Source: Lytechinus pictus (lineage: Eukaryota). Taken from it: a stretch of 64,000 bases of DNA. Location: contig NC_087251.1 in assembly GCF_037042905.1 (NCBI RefSeq), positions 38,566,001 to 38,630,000 of the forward strand, given 5' to 3'. The translations under genes and the position numbers were made by a program. The notes beneath the pieces are model-generated. The model was not told the origin of the DNA, did no database searches, and was given only the letters and a program-made list of their open reading frames with translations. Position 1 is the stretch's first letter; every line of letters begins with the position of its first letter. Shown one piece after another: positions 40,023 to 53,350 of this stretch.

Positions 40023-40031
40023 TTTTCTATC

Positions 40032-42706
40032 ATGACTAACCATCTATCTTTATTTCACCAGCTCAGGAAGATCAAGCTGAAGGCCCTCAAGATCTCTTTT
40101 CACCAGGACAATTACAGATTTTATTCCCTCAATCGCATTATACCCACAGGCCTCCAACTTCATTGCACTCCTGGTCTCGGTACACTCACACCTGAACTTC
40201 GCAAACGATGGAACCAGACCTTACATGGAGCTTCACTTCGATTAATTAACATCCTCTTTGAACAGTGTATTGCTTCTCTTGATTCTTTTTCAGCTGACAT
40301 CAGTAGCCTGGAAGACGAACTACGTTCTTGCTGTACCCAAACCCAATGGCTTCAGTATAATGATGAAATTGAATCTGATCTCTCTAAACACAGGTCTCTC
40401 CTCACTGAACGCAGGAACAAGAAAATAGGCAACCTCACAAAGAAGCGACAACGGTCAAACAGATTTAGACGACATACCAACAACAATGATGTATCCCCCC
40501 TATTTGGTTGTTAATCTCTCATCCTCCCCTCTCTCCCAAGCAGAAACCTCTCTTCTCTCTAAAGGTCTCAAGTTTTGCCCCACGCCACCAGAAGTTGAAC
40601 AGATAGCTCTCAGCCAAGACCTCTCTACATTCTATCGCAGGATACGTCTCAAAGAGTTCTTTTTAGATGCACCCCCTTCTGATCCCGAGCCCTTCTACAA
40701 GAAAAGCACATGGATTCCACCGAAGAATAGAGTTCCTTCCCTTGAAACTTACATCCAAGCTGTCTCATCCCAAGTTCGCTCCACAGATACCCTCGACACC
40801 AGAGCACATGACAACCTTCCTCGAGAAGAACGCCAGGCTCTCTCATCACTCAAAAACAGGTCCGACATCATCATCAAGCCTGCAGACAAAGGATCAGCCG
40901 TCGTTGTTATGGACCGCCAGCAGTACATCGATGAAGCCATGAAACATCTCAATAATCGATCTCACTATGCACTCCTCGATTCTGACCCTACTTGTAATTT
41001 CTCCCTACAGATCCAATCGACACTGAATGACAAAAAAGAACACGAGCATCTCTCTGAGAAGGCCCACACATTTCTCTCCCCTACTAATGCTAAACCTGCC
41101 CGCTTCTATCTCAGTCCTCCCGAAGGTCCACAAACCTGGCAACCCCGGTCGACCCATCCTCTCAGGAAATGGTTCCTCAACAGAGAACATCTCCCTTTTT
41201 GTTGATTACCACATTAAGCCCCTTGTCTCACGTGCACCCTCTTACATCCACGACACTCCAGACTTTCTCAGGAAACTAAATGACATCAAGGACCAGATAC
41301 CCGAGACTGCGATCATCGGCACTTTCGATGTTTCTTCACTGTACACCAGCATTCCCCACGACGAAGGTATCCAAGCATCATGTGAAGCCTTGGCCGCCAG
41401 TGGCCATTCCAGTCCCCCCATATCCGATATCAAATCTCTGATGTCTCATGTACTAACAAAAAACAACTTCACATTCAATGGGCAAGCACTACCTACAGAT
41501 ATTCGGTACAGCAATGGGCACCCGGATGGCTCCTTCATTCGCCTGTCTCTTCATGACGAAGCTGGAACAGCAGATGTTAGATTCAGCCCCCTGTCGCCCA
41601 TGGATTTGGTGGCGTTACATAGACGACATTTTCTTCATCTGGACTAGGGATGAAGACAGCCTCCATATACATTCATTGACCACATCAATTTCTTCCACAG
41701 GACCATCAAATTCACTTCTGATTTCTCCCAACAGGAAACCCACTTCCTTGATGTTACAGTCCAGAAAAAGTCTAATGGTATCACCACTACCCTATACTCT
41801 AAACCCACAGATACCCACCAGTACCTCCACTCATCCAGCTGCCACCCCCGTCACTGCAAAACCGGCATCGCTTACAGTCAAGCCCTCAGACTTCGCCGTA
41901 TCTGCTCCGAGGACCCTGATTTTTCCTTCCATGCCAGGAATTTGCAGAAACATCTCTGTGCCAGGGGCCACGGGGCCAGGGCAGTCCAACTGGCAATTAA
42001 CAAAGTTCGTTCTCTCCCCAGATCTGAAGTTCTCAAACCAAAAAGTGACAAGGAGACCACCGACAGAATACCGCTTGTGACCACCTTCCATCCCAATCCA
42101 CCCCCTCTCCGCAAAATCCTGTTTGATAACCACCACATTTTACACACTTCTGATCGTCTCCAACAGGCCGTTTCCGATACTCTCCTTCTAGCATACCGAC
42201 GCCCACCGAATCTCAGGGACCTCATTGTTCGTGCTGAAGTGCCCTCCCTCACTAACCATTCTTCTCCCATACAGCATGGCACCTTCAAATGCACCAGCAA
42301 CAGGTGCATCATATGTGAAATACACCTTCACGAGGGCGATACTTTCACCAGCAACTCTACCAGCCTGTCTCACCAAATCAAGGGCAACATCACATGCACT
42401 ACCACTAATGTTGTATATCTCATCACTTGCAGAGTTTGTAGGGTACAATACATAGGGGAAACCAAGACCACACTCAAGAAACGATTCTACGGGCACAGAT
42501 CCACCGTCAACACAGCAAAGCTGGACACTCCAGTTGGCCGCCATTTTAACCTCCCCAACCACTCCATCACTGACATGATGCTACAGGGCATCGAATCTTT
42601 AGGTACCCGTCCTGACTCAGTCCGTACTAGCAGGGAGAAGCTCTGGATGAGACGACTTCGCACCACCCAACCTCATGGCCTGAACATCCAAGAGGGGAAC
42701 GACTGA
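40032..42706 (+). pseudogene. Frameshifted PLE polyprotein (N-term, RT, GIY-YIG)
   Basis: VVNLS...LLSKGLKFCPTP, IKPADKGSAVVV, LPKVHK..PGRPI, FDVSSLYTSIPH, GTAMGTRMAP, WRYIDDIF, NVVYLITC..C..QYIGET, REKLWMRRLRT..PHGLN; frameshifts near 40500, 41112, 41480, 41667. Confidence 0.92.
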
Positions 42707-43623
42707 TTTTTCTTTCCTATCCACTTTCAATTTATATATACATATAATTTTCCCCCTCAGCTCTTTTGAATAGTTACATTATAGTTTCTTACTCTACTTT
42801 CCTCCCATATCTCATACAAGCTCAGCTCCAATTTTTCCCTCCTTATTCAGGCGATATAATAATTATATATATATATATATTTGTTTTTTCTCCACTCACC
42901 TCTTTTAGATTTACCACATTTGCTTATTTACATGTATACTATGGTTTCTTCATAATACACCCGGCCCTCTCTTCTATATTTGCTTTTACCTTTTTAGGCA
43001 ATTTGCTTCCTCTTTTTCACATATACAGGTTTTTTTTTTTTTTTTTTTCCTACTATATAGCCTTATGTTTTTTTCCCGTCACACCTAGCGGATTACAATA
43101 TCAGTTACACCATATGTGTATTTATATATTTTTTCATATACATTTCTTTTTTTGATATATTTATATACATATCACTTATAGATACATATTTACACTTACC
43201 TTCTTCTCTTAGTTTGTTTAATGCTTTATCATATATACTTATATGTCTTTTGCACATTATCAGTTTTTTTTTTTTTTTCCCCCCACTCTTTTGCACCAGT
43301 TTATTAAGCCTTTCTTTGTAACCTGTTTGACCCACCTCTCACTAATTCTCTTGTTTTTCATCCCATTATCACTGTTTTGTTCCAGATCCTGTTTGATGTT
43401 GCCTGCCTCATTATTTTAATCCCTCTTGGCTTGAGGTCTTTTACTGGCCTTACTTACACTAACTTCCCTTTGTGTCTGCCTACTCCTTTTCTTTCATCCC
43501 CTTCACTAACCTGATTGGTCTTCTCTACTCACTAATGCCCCTTTTGTCTCCTTGTTTCTAGTGTTGCTGTAGCTTGATTGTGGTCTATATTATGGTTGTT
43601 CCACTTTATATGTTTGTCATTTT

Positions 43624-43662
43624 GCCTCCGACGAAGATTCTGCTAGGATCGAAAGCTTAGGC
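43624..43662 (+). ncRNA. Minimal type I hammerhead ribozyme motif (variant core)
   Basis: gcct-CCGACGA-a-gattct-gct-aggatc-GAAA-gc-TT-aggc: stem I gcct/aggc, stem II gattct/aggatc, palindromic AAGCTT stem III; at the 3' end of a PLE. Confidence 0.75.
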
Positions 43663-44399
43663 CCCTTTTTGACTTTCTAAAAGAAATAGTCTATAACATG
43701 CATCGGCAGAATCGACACCGCGCGCCGCCGCACCTCGCTAGTCTGCTGTGCAAACTCTTCACTCGAATTAAGGGTCTAAATATGCATCCTACTCATGCCT
43801 TGTGTACTGAAGGCGCTGTCGCAAGTTTTGTATGAGCTAGTCTTTGTGTAAGGACACACTTGTTTATCAAAGTTCAATCAGGGTATGTGCCTGCAGACTA
43901 GCGCCTTGCCGCCTCTACAGATAGATCGACACTCAAAGAAGCGAATTTGCTCAGGGCGACTTTGTCTACCTAAACCACGACCTAAACGTACGTGGCATAA
44001 CATGTGAAGGTGCGTATCGTGTACCGTACCACTGATCTAAAGGGGCAAAATATACGGGGGGGGGGGGGGGTACAGGGGATTTCTAAATAATTACGAGCGA
44101 ACAAGGAAAGAGAGGTAAGAAAGACCAAAGAAGGAAATAGCCCCCCCCCCCGAAAAAACAGGAATAGGCCTAAGAGGAACATATATAATCACGTACAGAG
44201 AAGAAAATTAGTTAATCAATTGTTAAAAAGAGAAACATAATTAAGACATGGATTTTTTTAAAAGGGAATGATCAGAAAGACTATGACGGTGAGAGGGAGG
44301 GAGAGAGAGAGAGAGAGGGGGGGGTGGTAACGAGAGGGACAGAGAAGAAGATCAAAGATCATATTATTAGAGAATCATTGAACAAGAAAACAAATAGAT

Positions 44400-44580
44400 C
44401 CCTGGCTTCTTTCTGTTGTTCTTTCTTTCTTTCTTTCTTCCTTCCTTCCTTCCTTCGATCCTTCCTTCTTTCTTTCTTTCTTTCTTTTACTTTTTTCCTT
44501 TCTTTCTTTTACCTTTTTCCTTTCTTTCTTTGGCTTTCTTTCTCCTTCCTTCCTTCCTTCTTTCTTTCTTTCTTTCTATT
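44400..44580. repeat. (TTTC/TTCC)n pyrimidine microsatellite
   Basis: direct inspection. Confidence 0.9.
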
Positions 44581-44669
44581 TTATGGGGGTGTGCCTCGAT
44601 CACGAAACCCTGAAATAGGGGTCTACTGCTGTGTGAAAAAACTTTTGTCATTCGGAGTATCTACAAAAC

Positions 44670-45574
44670 GTGGCGTACCGTGGGTCACGGCACGGGGGGG
44701 GGGGGGGGGGGGCACCAGCAAAAAAATTGAGTTACTTAGTTCGTGCGCTCAGTTACCAGGTATACTGACATTTTAAGGACAGTGTCATTAAACAGATATG
44801 TATTTCACTGATCACATAATGCGAGCGCGAGCTGGAATTTTTGTATATATATTGACCCCAAATATGGATTTTTTAAGGACTATATTTTATGAATAAATTA
44901 ATAATATACATATCTCTCAATAGTCATCTAATGCAAGTGCCAAGCGCTTGCTGATTTTGTTACAATTACATCTAAACACATGAAGCACTTTTTGTAGTCA
45001 TAGTAATCATGATTATCATCTCACTAATCAAATATTGCGAAGAAGGGGATTTTAAGGCATGCATATTTCACTCACTAACCAAATGATGCGAGCGCGAAGC
45101 GCAAGCTGAAAATTTTTTATATTCAGATCAGAAAAAGGGACATTTTAAGGACTGATTTTATAAATCTATGAAGAGCAGACATATCTCACCAATCCACTTA
45201 TGTGAACGTAAGCACGGACAGGAAATGTTTTATATTAAGACCTTAAAATGGGGCAATCACTAACTTTATAGTCATGAAAAAGAAGCATATGTCACTACAT
45301 AAAACAATAAGAATTTGAAGTGCGACTCGTTATTTGGTGTATATTGACCTGAAAACTGGAGGTTTTAGTACAACATATATATCTCGTTAAAGAGATAATG
45401 CGAGCACCAGGAACAATGAAGACATAATATATAGGCCCTGCATGAGCAAATTATGTTTCATAAAGTTATGTTTTTTTTAATGTAATATAACATAACATAA
45501 TTATAATGTTAATTTCTTCTTTCCCACTACGTTTCTCTCCATTTCTCCCTCTTTTTCTCCTTTTCCCCGTTTTT

Positions 45575-45605
<31 letters not shown>

Positions 45606-45671
45606 GCAGTCGATTGGGGGGGGGGGGGAGGGGGGCACTTGCCCCCAATGCCCCCCGTAGTTACGCCACTG
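44670..45671. mobile_element. hAT-like non-autonomous element
   Basis: gtggcgtac...G-run / C-run...gttacgccactg termini, internal gcgagcgcgaagc motifs. Confidence 0.5.
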
Positions 45672-46969
45672 ACTAGAGATCACTGAAAATTAGGTCTGTA
45701 AAGGGGGTCATCAAAGCGGCACGTCCGTCGGTCCCCGTACCACCAATTATGTGAGTGTCCCCCCGGGCAAATAGTCCAGTGGTCGAGGGATATTGTCATA
45801 AGGTGATACCATGGATTTTCAAAAATTAGCCTCAACATTCAGTAATCATGCATCGAGCTCAGATCCCGAGAGTATCCCTTACAAGTAAGCCTATGTTGTC
45901 ATGTTTCCCCCAACCCAAATAATGTCTAAAATATTATGTTTCCATGATAGAGAGGTATAGGTCCTATGTGAAATTTTTAGCTTTCCATCGCTCAGTATTC
46001 ACACAAAGCTGTAAAAACATATTATATAATTTTTCCTGATTTTTGTTCATAACCTTTTCACTGTACATAATAATAGCCCATAATACAAATCAACTTTTTT
46101 TTGCATACTTTTGTGGACAACCATTATAATGTCCACTTTGTATTGGCAGCACCCCCTTCCCTTGGCAAATAGTCTGGGGGTATACATGCAGGGACCTCGT
46201 TTTCATTTGTGGAACGAAGAACATATTAAATCTAATCTATTTGTGTACTTGTTCAACATCATTTTACAAAATATCTTAGGATCTATATTCATTTCTAAAC
46301 CAAAGAGCCTGCTAAAATGTAATGATTCATGTATTTATTTTATGATCAATTTATAATAAAATTTTGGAAAAAGATACGAGTCTGTAACCATCATTAGTAT
46401 AGTTAGGGAATGGAAAAATAAATCAAATTAAATTCTACTTTCTAAAATGGGGTGTACAGATTACGGACAAACATTGACATTAATTTTTCCCAAAGATACT
46501 TAATTCCAAAAAAGTAGAAGTTGTTTTTATCAGTCAATATACGTCCCACTCATCCTCCAGCCCAAAAGAAGAATACAAGGGCCCGTATTCTGAAGTCGGG
46601 TTTAACTTAAACTCTGGTTTAAAGTTGTGGTTTAAGTATGGGAAGTCAAAAGTATCAAAAATGTTATTAAGTTGTATGTTTCTTATGTTTACTGTGCTCT
46701 TTCTTGATTCATCGATGGTGAAGACAATCATCTATTTATACTTCCTACACAATTATGAATGATTTGAGATCCAAATGAGCTGACGTATGATATCTCTACG
46801 GTTAGTGATTATGTAACAATTGGCTGTCCATACTTAAACCACAACTTTAAACCTGAGTTTAAGTTAACCCGACTTGAGAATACGGGCCAAGTAGTATATT
46901 AAAAAAACCGTAAAGTGAACACAATAGTAGCTCCAAACAGATAGATGTGATCATGGTTGTATTCAGGGA

Positions 46970-48446
46970 GGTGGGGCACGCCACTTACATTGACGAGAGG
47001 ATACCATGCGCGACCCCCCCCCCCCAAAAAAAAAAAAGACCACGTAAAAAGGATGTCTTTTTCAAGACAGGGCACGTTACGTACGTATCGTAATAAGGGT
47101 GTCAAAAACACTAAAATAATGAAAAAGGGTATTTATTTTCGCTAGAAAAGCTACGTGTTTAGGGTCAAATTTGCGAGGGTATACAAAATTAAGACTAAAA
47201 TGTTTTATAAAGGATGTACTTTTTGCCCGAAGAGTCAACACTACGTGTTAAGATACGATTTGCGCGAGGTGTGGGGGTGGGGCTGTACTAAACCCAGTGG
47301 CCCGTATTCTGAAGTCGGGTTTAACTTAAACTCAGGTTTAAAGTTGTAGTTTAAGTATGGGAAGCCAAAAGTATAAAAAAAATTATGATCAAGTTGTATG
47401 TTTCCTATGTTTTACTATGCTCTTTCCTGATTCATCGATGGTGAAGACAATATTATATTTATACTTCTTCGACAATTATGAATGATTTGAGAGCCAAATG
47501 TATGATATCTCTACTGTTAGTGATCTAATTATGTAACAATTTGCTCTCCATACTTATAAACAACTTTAAACCTGAGTTTAAGTTAAACCTGACTTCAGAA
47601 TACGGGCCAATAGGTAAAGGTAAAACCGACGACCGACGTCTGTGACAACCTGGGGGGGGGGGGGGCACTTCCATTCACGAGTGGATACCATGCGCGACCA
47701 TGAGATCTCAAAAAGCACCCTAAACACGAATTTTCCATATTCTGAAAATGCACCCCTTAACAAGTATTGGCGTGTGAAACCCTATACCCTTAACAAGTAT
47801 TGGAAACAAAACGATACTATTGGCAAGTATTCCCTGAATTGAACCCCTAAACAAGTACAGCGATATTTCAATGTTATGTCACGACAGACGTCGGTTTTAC
47901 CTTTACCTACATCATTGGGTTTAGTACAGCCCAACTCGTACTCTAAACACGTTATAGTGTTGACTCCTGGGGCAAAAAGTACATCCTTTATAAAACATTT
48001 TAGTCTTGATTTTTTATACCCTCGCAAATTTGACCCTAAACACGTAGCTTTCCTAGCGAAATAGATACCCTTTTAAAAATTATTTTAGTGTTTTTGACAC
48101 CCATATTACGTTACGTACGTAACGTGCCCTATCTTGAAAAAGACATCCTTTTTACGTTTTTTTTTTGGTCGCGCATGTTATCCACTCGTCAATGTAAGTA
48201 GCCCCCCCCCCGGGGGCTGTGACATAACAATTGAAATATCGCTGTACACACTTGTTTAGGGGCTCAATTCTGGGAATTCTTGCCAATAGTATTTGTTTCC
48301 AATACTTGTTAAGGGTAGGGTTTTACACGCCAATACTGGTTCAGGGGTGCATTTTCAGTATATGGAAAATACGTGTTTAGGGTGCTTTTCGAGACCCCAT
48401 GGTCGCGCATGGTATCCACTCGTGAATGGAAGTGTCCCCCCCGGGG
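46970..48446. mobile_element. Nested DNA-transposon complex: outer element holding an inverted copy of itself (47648-48216) and a MITE (47299-47608)
   Basis: TIR motif gagtggataccatgcgcgacc at four ends; 8-bp TSD ctgtgaca at 47640 and 48217. Confidence 0.8.
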
Positions 48447-49599
48447 TGGGGCAGCTGCCCCCAAAAATTTTGAGAACTCATTTTTACTGAAAATTCAGTC
48501 GACAAAATTCACCATTGTGCACAAGATCCTTCAATTTCACTTAAGAAAATGCAAATCTAGCTGCACCATGCATATAAGGTTGACTGATCAAGAAAAATAT
48601 CTGTGTTCCGCCATGAATGTGATAAAGGTGGAGCCTTGTCCCAATCTCAACTATTTTGTCTACAAAGCTAATAAGGAGTGCCCAGCCGGGTGCCCAGTAG
48701 ACCACAAGTAGTGGTGACCCCTACCAATTTCCTTGTGCCACCTTTACAGGGCCACTTTATTATCCCACCATCCTTGCTTGTCATCTGAAGTTCAAAAGAG
48801 CCTCCTCTTGATGCTATCCCTCTTTTTTTTATTCACAAAATTCATACCTCGGTCGATCCCGCTCTATGTCTCTTGTGATTACATACAATACATATGTATA
48901 TTGAATTCGCCGCCCTTTCACACGGTAAAAAAAAAATCGTAATTTGAATGGTGATTCCAGTGAAAAATAACAATAGCAATCATCATATTACAATGATGAT
49001 TCAAGATTCACGTGTGAAAAGGCCCCTAGACTCCAGGAATCTCAAAAGAAGTGGAGGGATCAGCTAAGAGAGAGAGAGAGAGAGAGGCGCAGGTGTTTCT
49101 TTATCATCCTAAATTGTCTGGCTTTATAAATGTTATACATTTTTATGTAGAGATATAATATTTTCATTTGATAAAGAAGAACACGTTATCAAAATCCCTC
49201 TGTTTTGCATCATTATTATTGTGTTCTATGTTTGAACTCAATTTACAACAATATTTTTGATAAGTTTATTCCTCCCTTTTTAGGTATTGTGTCAATAGTA
49301 TGTTAAAGTTTTGTATGAAAAATTGCCCTAATTTAATAAAAACATGACAAGTAATGGATTAGTGAGTGGGGAGGGGAAAATATCACATATATCTAAATTT
49401 CAAGAGATTGAATGATGAAAGTCTCCCATTTGTTATTTACATTTAGTTTATGTTTTGTTTTCCAGGGAATCGCTTTTTGTATGCACCCGAAAAATTATGT
49501 TTATTGAAAAGATGCATGTGAAGTATTTTCGAAATGACGAAATTGTCATACTTTGACAAGTCGGTGATTTTGGAGCTCTCTGCGGCCTTCAAATAAAGT

Positions 49600-49811
49600 G
49601 ATATAGCGCCATCTTTAGATATGTACAAGACAGTTTAAGCTTGCGATCGCGTAGCCGCTGGATTTCTCTGACACCCATCATTTCTTCTTCGAATTTCTTG
49701 AATCCGGGAGAGGATATCATTGAAGTAAATCTGGATTATTTTCCTGTTGGTGACATACAAAGCACAGCTACTTCAGTAAACTACGGAAATCTCTCACGCG
49801 TCGTACTTTAA
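49600..49811 (+). promoter_or_regulatory. Probable promoter and non-coding first exon of kindlin gene
   Basis: CpG-richer patch (gcgccatct, gcgatcgcg) ending in strong donor AA|gtaagt at 49812, upstream of the acceptor at 53342. Confidence 0.55.
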
Positions 49812-51927
49812 GTAAGTAAATGTCAGCTTGATTTTGAGTTATCTGACGCTTCACGAATGTCCCCGCTTTTGTTCACACGCCGATCACACACTGTTGTAAA
49901 ATAGAGTCTATTGCCATAAATGGTGATGGTAAATGTGGGAGTGTATGGCTGCGGGTGGAATTCCTGCAATCCAGTCACCTCTGCTCTGACCAATCTATCG
50001 TCTGTGTTGTCCGTTTCTGCTTAATTTATTGCAGTTGATTCAGTAAATTGTATTAATCAGTAGTTCCATTTGTTCACACATTTCTCTTATGTTCTTAGAT
50101 TTTTAATCGTGTCACACTCGCACAGTTGATGCTGTCTGTCAATTGAATTGGTGTCATGTCAATCAAGTTTCACTTTTATTTTCATATTCATATTTCAAGA
50201 TTGTTCCCAGATCAGGCATGCCACCGCTCTGCCAAGATTTGTAGAAATAAGTCATTAAGTGATCTATTTGAGTGGTCTAATTGTAGAATTGTTTATGAGA
50301 CAAACGTCCATTTTGCTTACTTAGTTTGTGTTTATGAAGGAAGCCGCATGTCGTCTGCGCACCTGAAATTAAGATTAATTTATTTCAAAATATATAATTT
50401 AGAATAGATCTAACGTTAGATAGATCTTCTAAAAAAGTTAGGCCTAGATCTAGATCAAGTTTGAGTTAATATTTTTCTTTTCTTAACATTAGATCTTGTA
50501 TTCTCAAGAGTTAGAATACTCTGCAAGAATCTTGAAGAAGGCAGATCAAACTTGCAGAAAATGAAGAAGAAGAATACAATTATTCTAACTTCTAAGATAC
50601 ATTTGTACTGTAGGATGGGGGTCGGGTGTCCGGACACTTTATATTTTTGAAGCCTTTTTTTTTGTCTTCGGATTACACTAAAAATATGAATTCAATAGTT
50701 ATAATCATCTTCTATTTTGTTCTCTATAATATTTCCTAACATTTTGTACAAAAAATTGATGAAACTTCGTTGCAAATTTTTCCAAATGACTTTCTAAAAT
50801 TGATCGTACAGACACACAACAACTGGGTACCGATATATCGTATGTGTGCCAAAAATATTCAAATTTGAGAAAAATTTATTGATTTCTTATGAAATCGTTG
50901 ACTTGTCAGTGTTTAGAAACACACAGCTGCATGTGAAATGACTATTGTTTTAGTTTGGATTTGAATGTTTCCAGGGAAGGGTTATTAACAGTTCAAGAAT
51001 GGAGGTTATTTTCAGTCTTTTATGGTGCTGACTATGAATGAATCCTGAAAAATCCTTGCCTTGTGGTGAACCTGGTGGAATTTCTGATGATTCTCCCTTG
51101 TATTATAGTCAACATACAACACATTGTATGCACAGGAAATTTTTAATTCATTTTAGGGATTGCCCTTGAGTGGTTAGATATCCTTATTTCTTTAAAAAAA
51201 TGTTACTTTAGGCCTGTATGTTTCTTTTGGGACCAAGCACCAGTGAGGCTATTTCATCAAAATGGGACAAAAAAGTGTCTTATCCAAAATGAGTCGGATG
51301 AGTGATGAGTCCTTTTAGTAATAGATCTGCACTAGAGAGATTCCTAGAGAGTTAACAAAAATATTAAAGGGATTAACATTTTTTGGAAGTAGAAAAATTG
51401 AATTTGATAAAATTAGATGTATAGACCTACATGTACTGTTTTTCATTCCTATTACGTAATTAAAAATACCTGAACTTCTTAGACAAAATGGAAGTCATCA
51501 AAGTAAAGGGTGACAGAGAATTTAGGCTAACTACATGGCTGGAATTAGTCCAAGGCCACCCAAGGCCATGGTTTCTAATGACCTCAGAAATGGCTTTGTT
51601 GCCCTTTCAAGTGTTTGTAGACTTAAGGTAAAAATAGCATGCCCATTTTGCCTGTGGCATTGGTGCCCTGCAATAATACTGCGCAATAATACAGTGCTTG
51701 TGTCCCATTGAAATTTTTTAATGACCTTGGATACCCCTATCTTCAAAATGAGCACTACCTTCACTTTCCTTTATAAAAAGTGTCTTTTAGGAATTGGCAC
51801 TGTAACCATACATCCGAGAGCACCCAGATACATGTACATGTAGGGATGGATTAAAGGATTACTGCAATTACCTGTAGGAAGAAATTGTTCATTGATCAAT
51901 AGTTTCCAAGTATAGGTACCGAGCAAT

Positions 51928-52403
51928 AGGTGGTTTCAGCCTGCCTCGAAGTTCGTAAGTTCCAGGTATTCTCTGATCGGGAAATTTACCCCGATCAGAA
52001 AATACCAGGTATTTTGGTAATGTGAAAGCAAACTACGCGTAATTTCCCCGAAAGAAAATACCCGCTAAATAGTAGGTACTTGGCGAAATTACGAGAACTT
52101 TCGCGGGGATTTTTCCAAGGTCGCAGGTATTTTGGCAATGTGAAAGCAATTTACGGGAACTTTTAGCCCAGATTGTTGTTGGGCGCGGGCGCCGTGGGTG
52201 GCTGCTGGGCTAGTGGTTTTGAATCTCGCGCCTTGCCTGCTTATTAGACCATACTGCGCATGCTCCTAACTTCAGGAATTTATCCTGAAGGGTATGTTTC
52301 GGGGCGGTGTGAATGCAGGAATAATTAATGGGTATTTTTTAGCCTAAAAATGTTCTCGTTATTTAACGGGGATTCTTGTGATCGAGGCGGTTTGAAACCG
52401 CCT
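51928..52403. mobile_element. MITE, Harbinger-like
   Basis: aggtggtttcagcctgcctcga / tcgaggcggtttgaaaccgcct TIRs. Confidence 0.7.
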
Positions 52404-53350
52404 CGTGATACTGGTAGGGTTACCAACTTCTGGTGGAATGAGATTTCTGTAAAATTTATTGGTTCTATATTGTCTTTCTTGAATTAAATTCTGTTATCAG
52501 TAGCAAAGTGATATCTCCCATGAACCACCCTAGAACTTTATGCGACAGCAGACACTACTGTTTTACCTTTTATCCAGGGTTCGCCCAGGAAGTCGGCACA
52601 GCACTACTTTGACATATGAGTATCTGCTTTGGGTGAAAAAAATGTGGTTGTTTTGCAGGAAGTGCAATGATAGGATAAGAGTACATCCATACTTGTACTT
52701 ATACATGTAGATCGAAACACGTCCACTTCCGCACTGGCGTGTGTGGTATTGCTGTCGGACATATTGAAGTCAGTATTAGCAGTGCAAACTGCAGAGAGTA
52801 CAGATTATTAGTACAGGATATAAGGCTTGTCGTCTAGTTGCGTATGATCATTTGCTTTCAGTTTTCGTGTGGAGAAAGTACTGTTGTAGGCTACGTTAGG
52901 CAGTTATGGGTAAGAAATTAATTAGCATTTACATGTATCATGATATTTTTAGTTAATAATTGTGACAGATTCACAACAGAGATTGTTTGCAAATAATATG
53001 GAAGTACATGAATTAATAGGACATGGTTGTGATACACAGGTTATTAATATGAAAGTGTTCATTGGAAATAATTTGACCTTTTTTTCTTCTTGATATTAGA
53101 ATACAGTATGTTGTAAAAGGCGTTCCTTTTGTCGAGTGTTCCTATGATGAGGAGAGTAAAAAAATGTTTGTCCTGTGCATATTAAAGTATTAAGTAAAAA
53201 AAGACAAATATTCCTCTGTCCTTTCAGAAGTTTAATAGATCACAGATGATCATTCTTGAAGACATGATACACCAAGTATTTGGTGATCATTCATGTTGAC
53301 GTCTGCATTTAACTCTCTTCATTTTTTTCCTCAATTCTGCAGATTTTCAA

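Larger units (their letters stand above)
39457..43680 (+). mobile_element. Penelope-like retroelement (GIY-YIG endonuclease type), near full length
   Basis: RT + GIY-YIG coding region, T-rich UTRs, hammerhead at 3' end, short terminal direct repeat actttctaa (39457-39465, 43672-43680). Confidence 0.88.

Noticed and set aside
39807..40031. Hydrophobic N-terminal extension of the 235-aa ORF
   Set aside because: Non-ATG start running through a T-rich duplicated leader; the plausible start is ATG 40032
40490..41680. Programmed frameshifting in the PLE
   Set aside because: Shifts correspond to small insertions inside conserved motifs (e.g. FYL-agtc-LPK); PLEs normally have one ORF, so decay or sequencing error is simpler
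40486..42706. Bacterial retron, group II intron or telomerase RT
   Set aside because: IKPADKG, GTAMG, YIDD motifs plus a C-terminal GIY-YIG and a hammerhead are diagnostic of Penelope-like elements
44324..44776. Phe/Leu/Ser-rich membrane-like ORFs (also 42766-43155)
   Set aside because: Pyrimidine microsatellite or T-rich PLE UTR
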